64,000 bases of DNA from Actinomycetota bacterium (lineage in GTDB: Bacteria; Actinomycetota; Geothermincolia; Geothermincolales; RBG-13-55-18): positions 10,701-74,700 of the forward strand of contig QZKE01000021.1 of assembly GCA_003598015.1 (NCBI GenBank), written 5' to 3'. Shown one piece after another: positions 44,891 through 53,634 of this stretch (the stretch's first letter is position 1; each line of letters opens with the position of its first letter). The translations under genes were made by a program, and so were the position numbers. The notes beneath the pieces were generated by a model. It worked only from the letters and a program-made list of their open reading frames with translations, made no database searches and was not told the DNA's origin.

Positions 44891-45928
44891 ATGAAAGGGG
44901 TTCAATTGAAACGCAAGGACAGGATCATGGGAGTGGCGGCGGCGGGGATGGCGGGCTGGGCGGCATACAGCTACGCAAAGGCGAACAAGCCGGTGCCGCC
45001 GGACGATGAGGTGCGGGCGTATACCAGAGCGCTGTTCGAGGGGGTGGGGCTGGGAGAGCTCTACGGCACCTGGAGGGAGGACGCGCTCGACCTGGGGGAC
45101 CGCAGGCTGGCCCTCTACCATTTCGAGAGCGAGCCGGGCGATCCGGTGATGGTCTTCGTTCCGGGCACCAGCGTTTACGCGCTACTCTATGCCGAGTATA
45201 TGTTCAAGCTTAGCCGGCAGGGCTTCAACGTCATAGGTTTTGACCCGCGCGGCCACGGCAGGAGCAGCGGCAAGCGCGGGGTCTATACCCTGGGCAAACT
45301 GGTGGAGGACGCCTTGGCGGTGATCGACTACGCCTTTGAGACCTGTGGCGACAAGGTAGCGGTTTCCGGCTCCAGCCAGGGTGGCATGATCGCCTTCTAC
45401 TGCGCGGCGGCGGAGCCGCGCCTGAAGGCGGCCGTATGTCATAACGTCATCGCGCCCGACGAGCCTGACAACGAGCGCATGACCCGCTGGGCCGGCCTTT
45501 TCCGACCCTTGATGCCCTTCCTGCCCCACCTGCAGCCGCTTATGGATTCACCGCTGGGAAGATTGATGACCCCCGTCTCCCTCTACCTGGATCTGGAGGC
45601 GGAGACCTGCCGGCTCATACCCGATGTGGGTCGATTCCTCAAAGAGGATCCGCTCGTCGCGAGCGCCGTGAGCCTCTCCGCCCTGCACTCCCTGCCGACC
45701 ACCCCCCTGGCTCGCAGGGTGGAGGAGATCGAGACCCCCGTCATGGTTATCCACGCCGGGCGGGACGATATCTTCCCGGAGGACTACGTGCGCCGAGTAT
45801 ACGACCGCCTCAACTGCGAGAAAAAGTTCCTCTACCTGCCGGACGCGCCACACCTGGTGATGACCGACTACGTGGACGATATCATCCCTCCGCTATCCTC
45901 ATGGCTCGAGGAGATGATGCAGAGGTGA
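44891..45928 (+). CDS. alpha/beta hydrolase (lysophospholipase / monoglyceride-lipase-like)
   Basis: 345 aa from ATG 44891. RGHGRSSGKRG, the VSGSSQGG nucleophile elbow, and late PHL. Confidence 0.8.
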   Translation: MKGVQLKRKDRIMGVAAAGMAGWAAYSYAKANKPVPPDDEVRAYTRALFEGVGLGELYGTWREDALDLGDRRLALYHFESEPGDPVMVFVPGTSVYALLYAEYMFKLSRQGFNVIGFDPRGHGRSSGKRGVYTLGKLVEDALAVIDYAFETCGDKVAVSGSSQGGMIAFYCAAAEPRLKAAVCHNVIAPDEPDNERMTRWAGLFRPLMPFLPHLQPLMDSPLGRLMTPVSLYLDLEAETCRLIPDVGRFLKEDPLVASAVSLSALHSLPTTPLARRVEEIETPVMVIHAGRDDIFPEDYVRRVYDRLNCEKKFLYLPDAPHLVMTDYVDDIIPPLSSWLEEMMQR

Positions 45929-46740
45929 GGATCCATTACCTGAACTGCGGCACCATGCATCCGCGCTTCACCTCGCTTATCGTACCTCACATGGACAGGG
46001 TCCCCTGCCTCTGCCTGCTCGTCGAGACGGATGACGGGTTGATTCTGGTAGATGCCGGTTTCGGTACGCAGGACATGGAGGACACCAGCCGCCTGGGGGC
46101 GGGCAACCTGATACTGAATACCCGGCCGGATGCCGAACAGACGGCCGTGCGCCAGGTCGAGCGGCTGGGCTACGGGCGCGAGGACGTCCGGCATATCATC
46201 TGCACCCACCTGGACCGCGACCACGCCGGCGGCCTTGGCGATTTTCCCCATGCCCGGGTGCACGTGACCGCCGACGAGCACGACGCGGCGCTTAACCCCA
46301 GGGACGCGCGGGAGAGGGAAAGGTACCGGTCCTGCCACTTCGCCCACGGACCTGACTGGGCGATCGTCGAGGGTTCCCGGGGGGAAGAGTGGTACGGCCT
46401 GGAATGCGTACGGGACTTGCCGGAACTTCCACACGGGATACTGCTGATCCCCCTCGCCGGGCATACGCGCGGCCACTGCGGCGTGGCGGTGGACAGCGGA
46501 GACGGCTGGATCCTCCATTGCGGGGACGCCTACTACGTGAAAGAGGAGTTAAGGGAGGACGGCAGGACTCCCCTGGGCGTCGCGGGTTTCCGGCGCATCG
46601 CCCACTGCGACTACAAGCGGGCCATGGAACAGGTCGAGCGGCTGAAGGAAGTCTTGAAGCGGGATACCGGCGGGTTAACGCTCATAGCCTCCCACGACCA
46701 GTTCGAATACCGTAACCTCTTCGGCAAGCCGCTCGATTGA
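45925..46740 (+). CDS. MBL-fold metallo-hydrolase
   Basis: HIICTHLDRDHAGG motif. GTG 45925 forms a GTGA overlap with the upstream stop; ATG 45901 is an alternative start. Confidence 0.8.
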   Translation: MRIHYLNCGTMHPRFTSLIVPHMDRVPCLCLLVETDDGLILVDAGFGTQDMEDTSRLGAGNLILNTRPDAEQTAVRQVERLGYGREDVRHIICTHLDRDHAGGLGDFPHARVHVTADEHDAALNPRDARERERYRSCHFAHGPDWAIVEGSRGEEWYGLECVRDLPELPHGILLIPLAGHTRGHCGVAVDSGDGWILHCGDAYYVKEELREDGRTPLGVAGFRRIAHCDYKRAMEQVERLKEVLKRDTGGLTLIASHDQFEYRNLFGKPLD

Positions 46741-46755
46741 CGCGGGGGTGAGGAC

Positions 46756-47202
46756 ATGCCCGCGAAGGATTTCTCAACTGTCATCGAGATAGCTGCTCCG
46801 GCGCAGCGCGTCTGGGACGTGCTTACCGACTTCGCATCGTATCCGCAGTGGAATCCCATGATCAGGCGGGCCAGCGGGGAGCTGCGCGTCGGTGCGCGCC
46901 TGAAGGTGCGCTACCAGCCCCGCGGCAGCCGGGGATATACCTTCCGGCCGAAGCTGCTCGCCGTGGAGCCCGGCAGGGAACTGCGCTGGTTGGGATGGCC
47001 GCGCTTCCCCGGGATCTTCGATTTCGAGCACTACTGGATCATGGAGGATAAACCGGACGGGAGGGTCGCGCTGCGGCACGGGACCATCATCTCCGGCCTG
47101 CTCGCCGCGAAGGTGGCGGAAGCCATGGAGAGGGCATCCAAAAAGCCCTTCGAGGAGATGAACCGTGCCCACAAGCAGCGCGCGGAAGGCAAGCTCCCTT
47201 GA
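46756..47202 (+). CDS. SRPBCC (START/polyketide-cyclase-like) family protein
   Basis: 148 aa. IEIAAPAQRVWDVLTDFASYPQWNP is a typical SRPBCC N-terminus. Confidence 0.75.
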   Translation: MPAKDFSTVIEIAAPAQRVWDVLTDFASYPQWNPMIRRASGELRVGARLKVRYQPRGSRGYTFRPKLLAVEPGRELRWLGWPRFPGIFDFEHYWIMEDKPDGRVALRHGTIISGLLAAKVAEAMERASKKPFEEMNRAHKQRAEGKLP

Positions 47203-47309
47203 TGGGCTCCGGATTCTTTAGCGCAACGAGAAGTCGCGCCCGGCGGTTCCTCGTCTCCCCGGGCCCCTGAGGGACACCACGTGCAGCCCGTCCGTGGTAT
47301 TCCTCGAGG

Positions 47310-47353
47310 TTGACAACTAGATATTATATGCATAATATTATGAATATAATATT
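47310..47353 (+). promoter_or_regulatory. consensus-like promoter with overlapping palindromes in a ~60-bp AT-only island
   Basis: TTGACA 47310-47315, 17-nt spacer, TAATAT 47333-47338. Palindrome TATGCATA at 47327-47334. Perfect inverted repeat AATATTAT (47334-47341) / ATAATATT (47346-47353) with a 4-nt spacer. Confidence 0.55.
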
Positions 47354-47393
47354 TGTCGAAACCAAGAGCGCATCTAGGGATGGAGGCAGAAGA

Positions 47394-48455
47394 ATGAGCG
47401 AGCATATCTACGAGGAACTGGGCCGGCACCTGGACAAGGCCGTGGCCGGCGTGCCCATGTCACCGAAGCTGATAGAGATCCTCGAGATCCTGTATCCGGG
47501 CGAGGAGGCCGAAGTCGCGCTGGAACTCGCCATCTACGAGAACCGGACCCTGGCCGATATGGAGGCGGCGCTGCCGGAGAAGGCGGGAAGGCTGGAGGGG
47601 CTCCTGGACAGCATGGCCCATCGCGGCACCGTGTTCACCGAGGAGAAGCCGGGCAATGAACGCATATACCGCTTGCTTCCCAGCATCGTGGGTTTCGTGG
47701 AGGTCCCCTTCCTGGACGGCCTGGACACACCGGTGAAGCGCGAGCTTTCTCGCCTATGGAAAGAGTACATAAACGAGGGATTCGGGGAGGAGATGGCCAG
47801 GGGAATACCACTTATCAGGGTTGTGCCGATCGCGGAATCATTTGAAGACGCTTCCGAAGTGCTTCCCTTCGACGCCATCGCGCAGAAGCTAGACGAAGCG
47901 ACTTTCATGGCCGTCGGCCACTGCCCTTGCCGCCAGATAGGCAAGTATACCGGCGAGGGCTGCGACCGCCCCACCGAGCGGTGCATGCACTTCGGGAGCC
48001 TGGGCCGTTACATGGTGGAGATGGGCAAAGCGCGCGAGTTGACCAGGGACGAGGCGCTCGACATGCTGCGCAGCGCTACGGAGGAGGGTTTGGTGCACGT
48101 CTGCGACAACCTGGAGGGAAGCCTGCGCACCATCTGCAACTGCTGCCCATGCTGTTGCGGCTTCTTCCGTGTCAGGTCGCAGAGGGGGTTGGAGACGTAT
48201 ACCCGATCCAACTACATGGCATGCGTGGAGGCCGGCGACTGCATCGGCTGCGGTACCTGCGAGGAGAGGTGTCCGGTAAACGCCATCGCCGTCGTCGATG
48301 GCGTCGCGGTGGTGGATGGCGACGTCTGCATAGGGTGCGGCGTGTGCACTCCCACCTGCGAGGGCGCTGAAGCCATCAGGTTGAGACGGCGGGAGCAGAC
48401 GAGTGCCCCCCCCGACCTGCAGAAATTCCTGGCCGCCCGCATGAAAAGCGCCTAG
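47394..48455 (+). CDS. uncharacterised Fe-S protein: Cys-rich core (HCPCRQ..., CNCCPCCCG) plus C-terminal 2x[4Fe-4S] ferredoxin domain
   Basis: 353 aa from ATG 47394, with RBS GGAGG. CIGCGTCEERCP and CIGCGVCTPTC. The ORF-track extension back to 47310 lies in the AT-rich promoter. Confidence 0.75.
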   Translation: MSEHIYEELGRHLDKAVAGVPMSPKLIEILEILYPGEEAEVALELAIYENRTLADMEAALPEKAGRLEGLLDSMAHRGTVFTEEKPGNERIYRLLPSIVGFVEVPFLDGLDTPVKRELSRLWKEYINEGFGEEMARGIPLIRVVPIAESFEDASEVLPFDAIAQKLDEATFMAVGHCPCRQIGKYTGEGCDRPTERCMHFGSLGRYMVEMGKARELTRDEALDMLRSATEEGLVHVCDNLEGSLRTICNCCPCCCGFFRVRSQRGLETYTRSNYMACVEAGDCIGCGTCEERCPVNAIAVVDGVAVVDGDVCIGCGVCTPTCEGAEAIRLRRREQTSAPPDLQKFLAARMKSA

Positions 48456-48511
48456 GCAATACGGGTAGCGCCTATATATAACCGACGGGGGCTGTGGTTG
48501 GTGAGGGGAAG

Positions 48512-49102
48512 ATGATGTCGAGCACCAGGAACGAGAGGAAAGACAGGAGTCGCGAGAGGATCATCGAGTCCGCGGGGTCACTCGTGCGCGGGAAGGGCAT
48601 CTCCGGAGCGAGTGTCGCCGGCGTGATGGAGGGCGCCGGGATGACCGTGGGCGGGTTCTATGCCCACTTCCCATCCAAGCAGGCGCTCGTGGTGGAGGCT
48701 CTGCGCCATACGCTGCGCAAGTCGCGCGCGCTGCTCGCGGCGCCGGCCGGCGACATGAAAGGTGCGGACTGGCTGAGAGCGGTGGCGAGGAGCTACCTGT
48801 CGAGGTCGCACCGGGACCACCCGGAGAGCGGTTGCCCCCTTCCCGCCAACCTGGGGGAGATAGCCAGGGGGAGCCCGGCCGTGCGCAGGGTGCTTGCCGG
48901 GGAGATTGGCGATATGCGGGACGAGCTGGCATCACACCTGGTGGAGGATGGGCTCGAAGAGGCGGACAGCGAGGCGCTCGCCATGCTGGCTACCATGGTC
49001 GGAGGCCTCACCCTGTCGCGCGCCCTGCGGGGCAGCGATCTTTCCGACCAGGTCCTGCAGGCCTGCCGCCGTCATATCGAGAGATCTTTGTCCAATCACT
49101 GA
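48512..49102 (+). CDS. TetR/AcrR-family transcriptional regulator
   Basis: About 196 aa. RIIESAGSLVRGKGISGASVAGVMEGAGMTVGGFYAHFPSKQALV HTH. Confidence 0.85.
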   Translation: MMSSTRNERKDRSRERIIESAGSLVRGKGISGASVAGVMEGAGMTVGGFYAHFPSKQALVVEALRHTLRKSRALLAAPAGDMKGADWLRAVARSYLSRSHRDHPESGCPLPANLGEIARGSPAVRRVLAGEIGDMRDELASHLVEDGLEEADSEALAMLATMVGGLTLSRALRGSDLSDQVLQACRRHIERSLSNH

Positions 49103-49319
49103 TCACTGATCCAGTCATTCTCGGGGATCACTGCCCGGATCTGCACTATGCCGCATCCACCGCCGCCTTTGTACCAGGACCATGTCCCGGGATCCGTGTC
49201 TGCGACCCTGAAAGTCCCGCTTTTGATACCATCGCTTCGCAGACAATGTTGTCACACCAGGCCTCGGAACGCGGGATCTTCACGAGTCACTACCTCTTGC
49301 TTTCCTTACGAGGGTTTTG

Positions 49320-49358
49320 GCCTTTTAATAGTGATATGAAAAGGCATCGGTTTTCTTG
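49320..49358 (+). terminator. possible intrinsic terminator hairpin
   Basis: GCCTTTT (49320-49326) pairs with AAAAGGC (49339-49345) across a 12-nt loop, followed by ATCGGTTTTCTTG. The stem is weak. Confidence 0.25.
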
Positions 49359-49374
49359 CTGTAAGGGGGCTGAG

Positions 49375-51075
49375 ATGAAGAGGATGGGCGGCCGCTTGTG
49401 TTCGAGCATGCTTGCATCGGCGGTTACGATCGCGGTTGCGATGGTTGCGGTTGGCTGCGGCCAGGGTAGCGGGCAACAACAGGTATGGGATTTCGACCGG
49501 CCCTCGGATTTCATCTTCGACCGCGAGTTGATCAGCGTGAACGCGGGGGACGACTCCATCGCCGAGCTGAAGGAACTCCCGGAAGACGCCTTCTGGAACG
49601 TGACCTACGAAGTGCCCCTTCCCGAGCAGGCCCCGGAATACCACCAGGTCGCCTTCGACGCGGACGGCAACATCGTGGCTGTCGGCTCCAATACGGACAT
49701 GCCAAAAAGGCCGATATCGGGGCAGCTCCTGGTCGCCAAGTACGACCGGGACGGCCAGCTCCTGCCCGGCTGGCCCAAGTTCCATACCGATCCGGTCTAC
49801 AGGTGGAACGAAGGGGAGGACGTCGCCCTGGACGAGTCCGGCAACATGGCTATCGCGGGCTATTCCATAGTGGACGGGCGGTCGTGGATCTTCTCCATAT
49901 GGAGGTTGGGGCCGGACGGCAGTATGCTCCCCGGCTGGCCGCAATACGTAGCGAGCAACCAGGCCTACGGCACCGGGATCATCGTCGACTCCAGCGGGGA
50001 TATCGTGGCCTGCGGGGCTTCCGGCCCAACCGGTCATGACCAGATCCTGCTGGCGAAGTACCGGACTGACGGCACCCCGGTGGAGGGATGGCCAAAGGCC
50101 TACAACCCCGTCACCGGTCAGGGGGCTTTCTCCTACGACATCATGCAGGATGCGGACGGGAACCTGGTCGTCGTGGGGTATGCGGGGTCCGCTTCCGGGG
50201 GCCGCGACGCGGTCCTCTACAAGCTCGATCGGGATGGTAATGTGCTCCCCGGCTGGCCCAAGGTCTGGGATTCCGGCCCGGGTACGTATGACGAGTACTT
50301 CGCGGCATCGCAGGAAGGCAGCGGCGATTACTGCATAGTGGGTACGGCGGAGGGGATGAACGAGGACAGCGGAAAGCTGCTGGTGACCCGTTACAGTGTG
50401 GACGGCGAGCAGCGACCCGGCTGGCCGCAGGTCTACGACCGGGAAGGGGTGCGCAATTACAGCCCTCCGGATGCCTGGCGCGGCAGCGTGGACAGTCTGG
50501 GCAATATCGCGGCCGCCTTCATCGCCCAGTCGGTGACCCCCGAGGTCCTGACGCTGGAATACGGACCGGACGGCTCCCTGGCGGGCGGCTTTCCCAAGAC
50601 GGTCGGCAGGGAGGGTTATCTGGTGGGGATGCGCTCCTGCAATATCGATGGTTTCAACAATATCTATACGGCGGGGTTCTCCCACCGTGCAGACGACGAG
50701 GACATCGATCACACCACTTTCCTCGCCAAGTACCCCCCCGCGCCCTATTCAACCGGCCGGCCGGCCCTGATCACGGAGTCGGGGCTCGCATACACGAAGC
50801 TCATGGGATTCAGCGAGACGGTGGGGGAAGGAAGCGAGGGCAGCGCCGTGTATCAACTCTCACCCGACGGGACAGCCTGGTATTACTTCGATGGCTCGGG
50901 GTGGGAAGAGGCGGCAACAAAGTATGAGGCCAACACGGCGGAAGAGATAGACGGCAATATAGGCGATTATGCGCAAAAGATCGGGCCGGGAACGCTCTAC
51001 ATAAAGGCGTTCCTGGTCAGCGACGGCGCCCAGAAGGTCCAGCTCGAGGCGATAACCGTCAATTATGAAGGGTAA
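49375..51075 (+). CDS. lipoprotein with alternating DGN(I/L)V..G / DG..LPGWP repeats (propeller-like)
   Basis: 566 aa from ATG 49375, with RBS AAGGGGG. Signal peptide with lipobox ...VAMVAVGC. At least six DG(Q/S/T/N)..(L)PGWP(K/Q) units alternate with DxxGN(I/L)V(A/V)VG-type units. Confidence 0.75.
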   Translation: MKRMGGRLCSSMLASAVTIAVAMVAVGCGQGSGQQQVWDFDRPSDFIFDRELISVNAGDDSIAELKELPEDAFWNVTYEVPLPEQAPEYHQVAFDADGNIVAVGSNTDMPKRPISGQLLVAKYDRDGQLLPGWPKFHTDPVYRWNEGEDVALDESGNMAIAGYSIVDGRSWIFSIWRLGPDGSMLPGWPQYVASNQAYGTGIIVDSSGDIVACGASGPTGHDQILLAKYRTDGTPVEGWPKAYNPVTGQGAFSYDIMQDADGNLVVVGYAGSASGGRDAVLYKLDRDGNVLPGWPKVWDSGPGTYDEYFAASQEGSGDYCIVGTAEGMNEDSGKLLVTRYSVDGEQRPGWPQVYDREGVRNYSPPDAWRGSVDSLGNIAAAFIAQSVTPEVLTLEYGPDGSLAGGFPKTVGREGYLVGMRSCNIDGFNNIYTAGFSHRADDEDIDHTTFLAKYPPAPYSTGRPALITESGLAYTKLMGFSETVGEGSEGSAVYQLSPDGTAWYYFDGSGWEEAATKYEANTAEEIDGNIGDYAQKIGPGTLYIKAFLVSDGAQKVQLEAITVNYEG

Positions 51076-51215
51076 CGGTCCAGTTGCCGGGAGACGGGAC
51101 AGGATAAGGCACATGCGGGCGAGGCTGCGCGATACGGCTGTATCCGCTACCGCAACGGAGGGTACCGATCCGTCCCAATGTAGTGGCCCATATCTGGGGA
51201 ACAAGGGGTGGATGC

Positions 51216-51695
51216 ATGAAGATCCGGGACGCGGGCGGGGAAGATATCCCGCTACTGGCCGGCCTTATCCGCGAGTCCTTCCGCGACGTGGCCGAGCGTT
51301 TCGGCCTCACGCGTGAGAACTGCCCCACCCACCCCTCCTTGTGCAGCGAGGCATGGATCGATGCCGCCATGGCCAAGGGCATCAGGTATTTTATCCTGGA
51401 GGGCGAAGAGCGGCCTTGCGGATGCGTAGCCCTCGAGCGGGCGGGCGACGAGGTCTGCTATCTCGAGCGCCTGGCGGTCCTGCCGCCGTACAGGCGAAAG
51501 GGATACGGGGAGGCGCTGGTAAGAAAGGCCATGGAGGAGGCGAGAGCCGCCGGCGCCCCGCGTCTCGAGATAGGGATAATCTCACAGCAGCGCGAGCTCG
51601 TAGACTGGTACGCGAGACTCGGCTTTGGGGAGAAGGGAAGGAAGAACTTCGAGCACCTGCCCTTCGAGGTGACCTTCATGTCCTATGGGCTGTAG
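51216..51695 (+). CDS. GNAT-family N-acetyltransferase
   Basis: 159 aa. LAVLPPYRRKGYGEALV acetyl-CoA motif. Confidence 0.85.
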   Translation: MKIRDAGGEDIPLLAGLIRESFRDVAERFGLTRENCPTHPSLCSEAWIDAAMAKGIRYFILEGEERPCGCVALERAGDEVCYLERLAVLPPYRRKGYGEALVRKAMEEARAAGAPRLEIGIISQQRELVDWYARLGFGEKGRKNFEHLPFEVTFMSYGL

Positions 51696-51863
51696 GCCAG
51701 CCGCTATGTCCCACATGGAACCGTCGCCTATGCGGCTGAGAAGTGGCTGACTCAATAGATTGTTAGCATTGCAAATGATCTTGATTGCCTGTAAGTTGAT
51801 GTAAAGACAATTGTCGCAAGGTCCTGGAGAAGGAAGAGGATTGCAGGAGTCCGAGACGGGATA

Positions 51864-52919
51864 GTGAGGATGATGGAGAGGAATCTCAGGCTCGTATGCA
51901 GTAAAGCCCTGCATGAGGATGCGGGGCGGGGGATGCCGCCCGTGGCGGATGAGGACGGATATCTCCTGGATGCTTATTCCCGCGCGGTTTCCGGTGCCGC
52001 GGAGAAGGTCAGCCCATCGGTGGTGAACATCTCCGTGACGCAGAAAGCGCAGAGGCGCGAAAGACCCGGAGGGCTTCCATCCGGGGAGACGCAGGGTACA
52101 GGCTCCGGCTTCATGTTCACCGGAGACGGCTTCATCCTCACCAACAGCCACGTGGTGCAGGGAGCCCGCAAAGTGGAGGTCACCCTGCCCGACGGCAGGA
52201 ATTTTCGGGCCGATATAGTGGGAGACGACCCCGACACCGACCTGGCGGTGGTCAGGATAAGCGCACCCGGGCTGGAACCGCTGTGCCTGGGCGATTCCCA
52301 GTTGCTGCGCGTGGGCCAGCTGGTCATCGCCGTGGGTAATCCCTACGGCTTCCAGTGCACGGTGACCGCCGGGGTCATCAGCGCCCTGGGGCGTTCCCTC
52401 CGTTCCCGCTCCGGGCGGCTCATAGACAACGTCATTCAGACGGATGCCGCCCTGAATCCCGGTAACTCCGGGGGCCCGCTGGTGAACTCGCGGGGGGAGG
52501 TCATCGGGGTGAATACAGCCGTCATCTATCCCGCCCAGGGGCTGTGCTTCGCCATCGCCGTGAACACCGCCAAGTTCGTGGCGGGCAGGCTCATACAATA
52601 CGGCCGGGTGAAGCGCTCCTATATCGGGGCGGCGGGACAGGACATTTCCCTCAACCGGAGGGTGGTGCGCTACCACGACCTGCCGGTGAGCAAGGGATTC
52701 CTGGTGACCCAGATGGAGCCCGACAGCCCGGCCGCGCGGGCCGGCCTCAAGGAGGGGGACATCATCGTGGCCTATAACGGCTGCCCCATCGCTGGCGTGG
52801 ATGACCTGCACCGCATGCTCAGCGAGGAACAGATAGGCGTGAAGTCCAGCCTCACCGTCATCAAGCGTGCGAACAAGAGAGAAGTCGAGATAGTGCCGGG
52901 GGAGAAGAAGACCGGCTAA
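51864..52919 (+). CDS. HtrA/DegP-type trypsin-like serine protease with PDZ domain
   Basis: LTNSHVV (His), DLAVV (Asp), GNSGGPLVN (Ser), and a C-terminal PDZ (...AGLKEGDIIVAYNG...). The start is ambiguous (GTG 51864, ATG 51870 or ATG 51873). Confidence 0.85.
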   Translation: MRMMERNLRLVCSKALHEDAGRGMPPVADEDGYLLDAYSRAVSGAAEKVSPSVVNISVTQKAQRRERPGGLPSGETQGTGSGFMFTGDGFILTNSHVVQGARKVEVTLPDGRNFRADIVGDDPDTDLAVVRISAPGLEPLCLGDSQLLRVGQLVIAVGNPYGFQCTVTAGVISALGRSLRSRSGRLIDNVIQTDAALNPGNSGGPLVNSRGEVIGVNTAVIYPAQGLCFAIAVNTAKFVAGRLIQYGRVKRSYIGAAGQDISLNRRVVRYHDLPVSKGFLVTQMEPDSPAARAGLKEGDIIVAYNGCPIAGVDDLHRMLSEEQIGVKSSLTVIKRANKREVEIVPGEKKTG

Positions 52920-52929
52920 GGGGAGCGGC

Positions 52930-53547
52930 ATGCGCAAGGTCCTTATTGCCTGGGTGGTGGGGGCTACCACCTGCGCGGCGGCAGCGAGCCGCCTGCAGCC
53001 CAGGTCGATGCTGCATCCGTGCGACTGGTCCATGCACGAGGAGGGTTCGGTAAGGCGCGTTTACCGCAGCCTATCCCACTTCCTCTACCACCTCAGGGAG
53101 CTCATGAGCGTCCAGGCCCCCATCTCCGAGGTCTATCTCGGTCGCGCCATCTCCCCGGCCTTCCGGGAACGCATCATGCTGGTCACCGCCTATGCCAACG
53201 AGTGCTCGTGGTGACAGTTCGCGCACGGGCGGTTCGGTCGGATCGCGGGGATGACGGGGGAGGAGCTGAGGGAACTGGTGGAACTGGATCCCGAGAGGTT
53301 CGATGCGCGCGAGCACGCGGCCCTGTGCTGGGTGCGGGAGACGCTCACGCGCAGGGAGGGAGCCTCGAGAGATACACTCGAGAGGTTCGAGCGGGCCTTC
53401 GACGAGCGCCAGCGCAGGCATATCGTCGCCACCATGAAAGCGATGTACTTCTTCAACCTGGCCGGCAATACCCTGGACGGCTGGCTGCGCCGCATGCTCG
53501 GCCAGCGCGAGGATGCGCACGAAGCCTGCGTGCTATCCCGCGATTGA
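52930..53547 (+). CDS. AhpD/carboxymuconolactone-decarboxylase-family protein with an in-frame TGA (53212-53214) at the second redox Cys position: candidate selenoprotein (or nonsense pseudogene)
   Basis: The ORF track splits it into 52930-53214 and 53251-53547. Both are in the same frame, with no other stop between them. The read-through gives ...TAYANE-C-S-W-[TGA]-Q-F-A-H-GRF..., which fits the CxxCxxxH motif of AhpD (CSHCLVAH in M. tuberculosis AhpD, from memory). Confidence 0.6.
53218..53249 (+). other. hairpin downstream of the in-frame TGA (candidate bacterial SECIS)
   Basis: Drawn by eye. 53218-53223 (UUCGCG) pairs with 53244-53249 (CGCGGG, two G-U pairs). An inner helix runs around 53224-53228 / 53238-53241. 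The apical GGUU lies about 20-23 nt after the U of UGA. Not energy-evaluated. Confidence 0.35.
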
Positions 53548-53634
53548 GAGGGCAACAATCGCTTTTCAGGGCATGTCGCACCGATGATCTGTGCAAGCTG
53601 CCGCATACTATCGTCAGGAGTAGGGAAGAAACGG

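Noticed and set aside
48832-49374. N-terminal 181-aa extension of the lipoprotein ORF (track entry 48832-51075)
   Set aside because: It overlaps the TetR gene in another frame and is R/G/P-rich. A proper RBS, ATG and signal peptide with lipobox begin at 49375.
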